Part shown: positions 57,760 to 64,000 of the stretch, piece after piece
How positions within the stretch are numbered: position 1 is the first letter of the stretch
Layout: every line of letters starts with the position of its first letter
Origin: Candidatus Poribacteria bacterium
Lineage (GTDB): Bacteria; Poribacteria; WGA-4E; PCPOR2b
Length of the DNA: 64,000 nt
Reading direction: 5' to 3'
Assembly (NCBI GenBank): GCA_965116925.1
Contig: OZ220744.1
Span: 1,280,001 to 1,344,000, forward strand
The notes under the pieces: generated by a model
Seen by the model: only the letters and a program-made list of their open reading frames with translations
Databases searched by the model: none
What the model was told of the DNA's origin: nothing
Program-made: the position numbers and the translations under genes

Positions 57760-59217
57760 TTGCCAAACATTGCAAGTATTCCTTACTTTATACCAGAAAT
57801 TGTTTTAGTTGCCTTCGCGGTGACTGTCATTTTATACGATCTAGCATCGAAAAAGAGAGGGGGCGATGGCGCTGCCTATCTATCGCTTGTCGGCCTTGTA
57901 GTAGCGGTGATCATCGCAATTGTGATTGGATCCGAAGACCGATCCCTGTTCCTCGGCATGGTTCGACTCGATAGTTTCGCCATGTTCTTCAAAGTTATTA
58001 TCTCCGTTGCTACCGCTGCAACGATTCTATTTTCCGTCCGTTCTGCTGAACTCGATCCGGAGACAAAGGGCGAATACTACGCGCTCCTGCTTGCGGTAAC
58101 GCTGGGCATGTATCTGATGGCATCGTCGACCCATCTCCTGATGATCTACCTCTCGTTGGAAACTGTCAGCCTGACCTCCTACATCCTCGCTGGATTCCTG
58201 ACGCATAGCCCGCGTTCAAGCGAAGCGGCGTTCAAATACATCACCTTTGGCGCGATATCGTCAGGAACCATGCTATTTGGTATCTCCCTCCTATTTGGTA
58301 TGACCGGTACAGGGGATATTGTGCTAATTAGCAGCAGGCTTGGAGAGATGTTCAGTCAAGGCGATGTCTATCCACTGGCGGTCCTATTGTCGATTACGTT
58401 TATCCTTGCGGGCGTTGGCTACAAAATCGCCTCTGTACCCTTCCACATGTGGTCTCCCGACGTCTACGAGGGTGCCCCAATTCCAATAACAGCATTTCTA
58501 TCCGTTGCATCCAAATCAGCCGGCTTCGCGCTATTTATTCGCCTATTCTATTCAGGTCTCAAATCAGCAGATGCCTCCATTGATTGGTCCCTGATGCTGG
58601 CAGTCGTCTCTGCCTTAACCATGACTGTCGGTAACCTGGCCGCGCTCCCGCAGCAAAATGTCAAACGACTCCTCGCTTACTCAAGTATCTCGCACGGTGG
58701 CTTCCTGCTCATGGGAGGTGTCTTGCTGACAAGCGAAGGGCTTCAGGCGATCCTGATCTACCTAATTATCTATCTGTTTATGAATCTGGGAGCATTCTTT
58801 GTTGTTATCCTCATCGCAAACGAGGTCGGCAGTGAAACAATTGACGGCTACCGGGGACTAGTTTCCCGCGCGCCGCTCATTGCAGTGTCAATGGCAATCT
58901 TCCTATTTTCTTTGACCGGGCTGCCTCCCCTCGCCGGATTCGCCGGGAAATGGATTCTTTTTGCCGCTGTTATCAAAGAGCAGCTCTACTGGCTGGCAAT
59001 CATCGGCTTGCTCAATAGTGTCGTGGCACTTTACTACTATGTGCGAATCGTCAAGGCGATGTTCCTTGAAACAGCCGATGACACCGAATCCCTCTCTTTC
59101 TCACCCGGCAGTCTTGTCCTGCTCCTTGTTTTTGTTGTACCGACCCTATTGCTCGGTATCTATTGGAACCCCCTATACGAACTATCCAGAGCCTCCCTCG
59201 GTAAATTGATGGGCTAA
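57760..59217 (+). CDS. nuoN: NADH-quinone oxidoreductase subunit N
   Basis: PFHMWSPDVYEGAP and KRLLAYSSISH motifs. Confidence 0.97.
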   Translation: MPNIASIPYFIPEIVLVAFAVTVILYDLASKKRGGDGAAYLSLVGLVVAVIIAIVIGSEDRSLFLGMVRLDSFAMFFKVIISVATAATILFSVRSAELDPETKGEYYALLLAVTLGMYLMASSTHLLMIYLSLETVSLTSYILAGFLTHSPRSSEAAFKYITFGAISSGTMLFGISLLFGMTGTGDIVLISSRLGEMFSQGDVYPLAVLLSITFILAGVGYKIASVPFHMWSPDVYEGAPIPITAFLSVASKSAGFALFIRLFYSGLKSADASIDWSLMLAVVSALTMTVGNLAALPQQNVKRLLAYSSISHGGFLLMGGVLLTSEGLQAILIYLIIYLFMNLGAFFVVILIANEVGSETIDGYRGLVSRAPLIAVSMAIFLFSLTGLPPLAGFAGKWILFAAVIKEQLYWLAIIGLLNSVVALYYYVRIVKAMFLETADDTESLSFSPGSLVLLLVFVVPTLLLGIYWNPLYELSRASLGKLMG

Positions 59218-59256
59218 GAGGAATTATTTCCTACGTTTTTACCCAAATATCAAACG

Positions 59257-59289
59257 AAAAAGGGCAACCACAAGAGGTTGCCCTTTTTT
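59257..59289. terminator. Intrinsic (bidirectional) terminator of nuo operon
   Basis: AAAAAGGGCAACC-ACAAGA-GGTTGCCCTTTTTT. Confidence 0.85.
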
Positions 59290-59533
59290 GTTCAAGCCGT
59301 ACTTTTTCCACTTGGCTCTACGGTTGTCTACCACGAATTATTTGAATCATCTTCCCAAGCCATCATGATGTGCAGCGAGCCACAATCAAGATAACTTAAG
59401 AAATTTCTGGTTGATACACCATGCTTTTTTTGATAAACTGTTGGAAATGAAGGGCAGACTTTCGTACCTTGTTCTTTATTGGATATGTACTACAATTTTG
59501 TCTGTCACAGATTCCTTTCTTTGAGGAGAAAAC

Positions 59534-60490
59534 ATGAAAGTAAAACTCGGTTTTATTGGAACAGGCGGCATGGCGGGGGCTCACATGAGAAACCTGCAAA
59601 CCTTCGATGATATAGAATTTACCGCTATGTGCGATGTTTCGGAAGAACGTGCACAGAGGTCAGCGGAGGAGTATGGGGGCAACGTCTACACAGACTTCCG
59701 CGAGATGTACCACAAAGAAGACCTCGACGCCGTTTATATCTGTACCCCACCCTTTGCACACGGCGAACAGGAACGAATCGCATGTGAACAAGGCATTCCA
59801 ATGTTCATTGAGAAGCCGATCGCTGCGGACCTAGAACAGGCAGTCATCATCAATGAGGATGTCCGCCGAAGCGGTGTTATCACCAGTGTTGGATACCACT
59901 GGCGCTATGGCGGCAATGCCCAACATGCGAAGTCATTGCTCGAAAACGAATCACCAGTTCTCGGCGCGTTGGGATACTGGATGGGCGGATTGCCCGGTAC
60001 GCTCTGGTGGAGAATCCGCGCCCAATCCGGCGGGCAGCATGTCGAACAAACAACGCATATCTTCGATCTGGCGCGTTTTCTGTTGGGTGACGCCAAGGCG
60101 GTGCACGGCGTTGCCACCCGTGGAAGTATGACAGACGTGCCCCAGTACGATGTCGATGACCTTAGCATGGTCAACATTGAGTTCGAGAGCGGTGCGATCG
60201 CCAATATCGCATCGTGCTGTGCGATGGAGGGTTGGAATCGAGTACAACTTGAAGTCTTCTGTCGCGGCCTGGTGGTAACTGTTGGCGGACCTAACACCGT
60301 TAATAGGAAAGGTGAAGAGGAATCACTGCCCGAAGACGGTGGTCAAGATCGAGACCGGGTGTTTATCGATGCGGTAAAGACCGGCGATTCATCGAAGATC
60401 CTTTCACCCTACAGCGATGCGTTGAAGACCCTCAGGATTATGATGGCAGCGAGCACTTCGTTTGAAACGGGCAAAGCGGTAGATCTATAA
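59534..60490 (+). CDS. Gfo/Idh/MocA oxidoreductase
   Basis: GFIGTGG, ICTPP, EKP and EQTTHIFD motifs. Confidence 0.92.
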   Translation: MKVKLGFIGTGGMAGAHMRNLQTFDDIEFTAMCDVSEERAQRSAEEYGGNVYTDFREMYHKEDLDAVYICTPPFAHGEQERIACEQGIPMFIEKPIAADLEQAVIINEDVRRSGVITSVGYHWRYGGNAQHAKSLLENESPVLGALGYWMGGLPGTLWWRIRAQSGGQHVEQTTHIFDLARFLLGDAKAVHGVATRGSMTDVPQYDVDDLSMVNIEFESGAIANIASCCAMEGWNRVQLEVFCRGLVVTVGGPNTVNRKGEEESLPEDGGQDRDRVFIDAVKTGDSSKILSPYSDALKTLRIMMAASTSFETGKAVDL

Positions 60491-60577
60491 AAAGGTGCTT
60501 GTTAGGTACAAGATCTGTTTTCAAATCGCCCTCAGATCTGTTCTTGACTGTAGTCGGAAACATAAAAGGAGAAAAGA

Positions 60578-61345
60578 ATGGGTTCAATTAATCAATCAAT
60601 CTGTTACGGCTGTTTCACGCGGGACGATGCCTCTCCGGAACAGGTCATCCGAGAAGCAGCGAAAATCGGTTATAAATCCGTAGAAATGGCACCGCCAGAA
60701 TATTGGTCCCTCGTCCGCGAAAATGGGATGCGCGTTGCGATTATTGTTGGACATCAGTCCCTACCTGATGGCCTCAACAAGCGTGAAAATCACGACCGCA
60801 TTGAGGGGGAGATTCTGGAAAATCTCGAAGTTGCTGCCGCAAATGACATCCCCGGCCTCATCTGTTTTTCAGGCAACCGAGAAGGGAAATCAGAGGAGGA
60901 GGGGCGGGATAATACCATCGAAGGACTTTTGCGCGTTGCCAAGGCAGCCGAGGATAAAGGTGTCAACCTTTGCGTAGAACTACTCAACAGCAAAGTAAAT
61001 CACCCCGACTATCAGTGCGATCGGACACCTTGGGGCGTGGAGGTTTGCAAAGGCGTCAATTCGCCGTATGTCCAGCTGCTTTACGACATTTACCACATGC
61101 AGATTATGGAAGGGGACCTTGTCCGAACGATTCAGGAGAGTATTGATTACATCGGGCATTTCCACACCGCGGGCAATCCGGGACGCAAAGACCTCGACGA
61201 TGAACAGGAAATCTACTATCCGCCTGTTATGCGCGCTATCGCTGAGACGGACTATGATCTTTACGTCGGACACGAATTTGTGCCGAAAGGCGATCCACTT
61301 GCTGCAATGCAAGCCGCCTTTGATACCTGCAACGTTACCGTTTAG
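60578..61345 (+). CDS. Hydroxypyruvate isomerase family TIM-barrel
   Basis: ELLN, YDIYHMQIMEG, HFHTAGNPGR and GHEF motifs. Confidence 0.92.
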   Translation: MGSINQSICYGCFTRDDASPEQVIREAAKIGYKSVEMAPPEYWSLVRENGMRVAIIVGHQSLPDGLNKRENHDRIEGEILENLEVAAANDIPGLICFSGNREGKSEEEGRDNTIEGLLRVAKAAEDKGVNLCVELLNSKVNHPDYQCDRTPWGVEVCKGVNSPYVQLLYDIYHMQIMEGDLVRTIQESIDYIGHFHTAGNPGRKDLDDEQEIYYPPVMRAIAETDYDLYVGHEFVPKGDPLAAMQAAFDTCNVTV

Positions 61346-61355
61346 CAAATCAATT

Positions 61356-61437
61356 CGCTTATGTTAAGATTTAGTGCAAAGGAACCGAGCTTTTTCTTCA
61401 AAACTCGGTTCCTTTGCACTTTCTTTTGACATGAGCC
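61356..61437. mobile_element. MITE shell family B between convergent genes
   Basis: CGCTTATGTTAAG...CATGAGCC with GAACCGAG hairpin. Confidence 0.78.
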
Positions 61438-61460
61438 AATCTGGTTATAATGGTTCCTTA

Positions 61461-62456
61461 TCACAGAATGAACCAATCGCGTAGTGTGTCTCCCTCCGCT
61501 ATCGGCTCTTGTAAATACCTACCCAACTGATTCAGCCAATACATCCAGTAATCGTAAGCATAATCGATTACCGCCTCCGTTGCCCGATGGGTTTCCAAAT
61601 ATTCGAGCAGCCATGCAAGCAGCTTCTCCTCAACTGGTTCAGAGATCTCATCTGCCGTGACACACGCCTCGCGGAAACTGCGAACTCTGTCAAGGGTTAC
61701 GCAGAAATGCTTTCCGCTATCCATTGCCAGATTTACTATCATTCCGCACGTAATCTTCCTAGCCAGATCTTCCGACGATTCCATACCCTCTACATATCGG
61801 AAGTCTTTCTCTCTTGCTATTAGATAAAGGGGAAGCGTTTGGAAATAATCCAGCCGTAAACCTATATTTTTCAACATCCTATCAGCAATCTCAACCTGGC
61901 TGAGTTGTTCAATCGGCTGCTCCCGTTCAACCCTTGATTTGATGACTACAGCAACTTCACCTATTATCAGGGTCCCATCTATCACCGCTGATAGAAAATC
62001 TTCCTCGAGTTGATTTAGCAGCGGTATTTCCATCACTGCTTCAGGATGCCCTCCGACCTGCACCATTCCCGATTCGGCGATGGTCAATCGCGCACGTTGT
62101 CGAAGGGTTTCGGCATCACGCTTCAACTTGGTCATCAATGTGTTACCGATCTGGTAGAAGCGGATCATGTCGTTACGGACCAGCAGGTGTCTCGCACGGC
62201 TGAGATCAAGCTTACTCCCATGCTCAAGTCCAAGGTTGAGTCGGAGCACGACATCTCTTGCGACCCCTCGCAGTTCGGATAGCTTAGAGATGTCAACCGG
62301 CTCCATAACCGAGCGTTTATTCATTATTGCAACGATTTGGCGATTCAGTTCGTCAATCCGCTCAACCGGAACATTCTCCAGTTCCCCAAGCTCAGATAAT
62401 ACTCTAAACAGGAACAATCGTGAATCATATTCGATAAGAGAGTTTGTGTTTTCCAT
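61461..62456 (-). CDS. Hypothetical protein resembling the C-terminal half of DUF6178 proteins
   Basis: LNLGLEH..D..RA..LL....RFYQIG pattern (recognised from memory, not searched). Confidence 0.55.
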   Translation of the reverse strand: MENTNSLIEYDSRLFLFRVLSELGELENVPVERIDELNRQIVAIMNKRSVMEPVDISKLSELRGVARDVVLRLNLGLEHGSKLDLSRARHLLVRNDMIRFYQIGNTLMTKLKRDAETLRQRARLTIAESGMVQVGGHPEAVMEIPLLNQLEEDFLSAVIDGTLIIGEVAVVIKSRVEREQPIEQLSQVEIADRMLKNIGLRLDYFQTLPLYLIAREKDFRYVEGMESSEDLARKITCGMIVNLAMDSGKHFCVTLDRVRSFREACVTADEISEPVEEKLLAWLLEYLETHRATEAVIDYAYDYWMYWLNQLGRYLQEPIAEGDTLRDWFIL

Positions 62457-62475
62457 GATGTGTAACGTAGTTTGC

Positions 62476-63351
62476 CTATTCGTCTAACTGTGGGTTATCA
62501 AGGTCAACTAACTTTTCCAAATCATCTTCGGTGGGACCATCTTTGGCAGACCTTTGGGGTGATTGTCCCTCGCCCAGTTGAGTATTGTCAAGATCTACCA
62601 GCTTTTCCAAGTCTTCTTCAGTTACACCTTTTTCTCGATCCCGTTCCTCGATTCGGGCTTTGGCAGCCTCTCGCGTTGCCCGCGCTTTGATTTCCCTAGC
62701 GTAACCATCTAGCGCAGTTGCTTCTTCGAGGAATATATACTCCATCAGAGATTGGAACAGATTGCCATCCGCGGCGTAGAGCATTTCAATTAGCAGTTCG
62801 GTATCCTCCGTGTCACAACTTAAATCCTCTGGGCTAACGAGGGCTTCCTCCACTAGAAAGGCGGGATAAGGAATTCCATCAGATTTTCTGGGGGTAAGCT
62901 CTAGCCGATCCCAGAAAAATTCGCCGAACAGCTGTGGGTCGACGGACCGCAACAGATTTTCAAAAACCTCTTCTCCTGCGTGTAACATCTCCATCAGCCA
63001 TGCCTCAAATCGTGTATCATCTATTTTGTTATTTTGGTAAGCAATCAGATCGACAATATCTGAAAGCTGCTCGGAGGACGCTGCGGATAGAATACCAGCA
63101 GATTGTCCGGTTCCAAGATGGGCGAGTGCCATTTGCATCACATTCTCAGTTGGGCTCTGTTGAACGAGTTCCGTGCAATCAGGAACGAGGTAATACAACT
63201 CCTCGCGGCTTTTCGCATCAGAAACCGTCTCAATGATTGATAGCTGTTCCTCTGTGGTATACTGTTGGAATTGGATGGAGGCTTGCTTAGTATCCATCTC
63301 AAGCAATGCTTTTGCTTCTGCCTGCGGATTACGAATCCTGATTTCTTTCAT
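62476..63351 (-). CDS. Hypothetical protein resembling the N-terminal half of DUF6178 proteins
   Basis: LVQ..P.E..ASSEQL..IVDL..D..R...WL pattern; acidic duplicated tail. Confidence 0.55.
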   Translation of the reverse strand: MKEIRIRNPQAEAKALLEMDTKQASIQFQQYTTEEQLSIIETVSDAKSREELYYLVPDCTELVQQSPTENVMQMALAHLGTGQSAGILSAASSEQLSDIVDLIAYQNNKIDDTRFEAWLMEMLHAGEEVFENLLRSVDPQLFGEFFWDRLELTPRKSDGIPYPAFLVEEALVSPEDLSCDTEDTELLIEMLYAADGNLFQSLMEYIFLEEATALDGYAREIKARATREAAKARIEERDREKGVTEEDLEKLVDLDNTQLGEGQSPQRSAKDGPTEDDLEKLVDLDNPQLDE

Positions 63352-63606
63352 CCGAATCTCCCTAGTTGTGGTTGGACATATCCGTTAGGAAAAATCAGTC
63401 GTATCGAAAAGCGCATTATGTTATCATAACGCTTTATTGGATTGCAAAGAATTCTCAATGAAATCCTCTGCACCTTCCGGGGGGTGATGATGGACAGCGT
63501 TATTTGTTGTATAAGCATACCATTCAGCTTCAGATTTTCTGTTATTTCCTTTATTCCATAGGACTCGAAGTGAATTCGAGATTAATATCTACACTTAAAA
63601 AGCCAA

Positions 63607-63635
63607 TTGCACGTCTAACCGTAACAGTTTATAAT
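63607..63635 (+). promoter_or_regulatory. Sigma70-type promoter upstream of htpX
   Basis: TTGCAC-17bp-TATAAT. Confidence 0.6.
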
Positions 63636-63792
63636 TTATAAGCAAGATCTCATTTTTGGTGTGTTTAAGCAAAAAATCGTGGGAGATAGCAGATTACTTC
63701 ATCGTCGAATAAATTAGTTTTACCAGACAAGGTGAATAGACTGCTCGTTATACCTAATACACAGTTAAATTAATCTAAGGAGGTTACTCAAA

Positions 63793-64000
63793 ATGAATAT
63801 CTTCAAAACTGGAATACTCTTGATTGCGTTGACAGCTCTGCTAATGTTCATTGGCAACATATTAGGGGGCGAGGTTGGAATGGCAATCGCTCTGATCTTT
63901 GCAGCGATTATGAACTTCGGTTCCTACTGGTTCAGCGATAAAATTGTCTTGTCGATGTACAGAGCGCAGGAAGTCAGTCCCAATAGTGAATTATATCAGA
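63793..64000 (+). CDS. htpX: Zinc metalloprotease HtpX, N-terminal part (runs off window)
   Basis: Manual translation [46 protein letters not shown]. Confidence 0.9.
   Translation, partial: MNIFKTGILLIALTALLMFIGNILGGEVGMAIALIFAAIMNFGSYWFSDKIVLSMYRAQEVSPNSELYQ

Noticed and set aside
1..64000. Numerous short antisense or overlapping ORFs; tRNA/rRNA genes
   Set aside because: The ORFs are shadows of well-supported genes; no RNA gene was recognisable by eye.

Overview
This is a ~50% GC bacterial chromosomal window. Gene content suggests Candidatus Poribacteria (inference, no marker gene): a TolB-type propeller with a C-terminal 'WGxLK' tail, several PhyH dioxygenases, Gfo/Idh/MocA and enolase-family catabolic genes. 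From left to right it contains the 3' end of an IS5 element, catabolic and redox genes, uvrC, a duplicated YibE/F protein, two PhyH dioxygenases, a TPR protein, a flavin-dependent halogenase-like gene and an atypical type II secretion operon (gspE-F-G-H-I-J-K-L/PilMN-M-D). These are followed by a nuo operon without nuoEFG (A B C D H I J K L M N) preceded by a Rex-type operator, an apparently split DUF6178-like gene pair and the start of htpX. The strongest unexplained structure is intergenic. At least five families of MITE-like 'shells' occur, several with their own target-site duplication (TA, 8 bp, 5 bp, CTAG). They carry interchangeable REP-like hairpin cargo and nest inside one another. 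One sits in-frame in the GspI prepilin leader, one rewrites the uvrC C-terminus, and one brackets an entire passenger gene.
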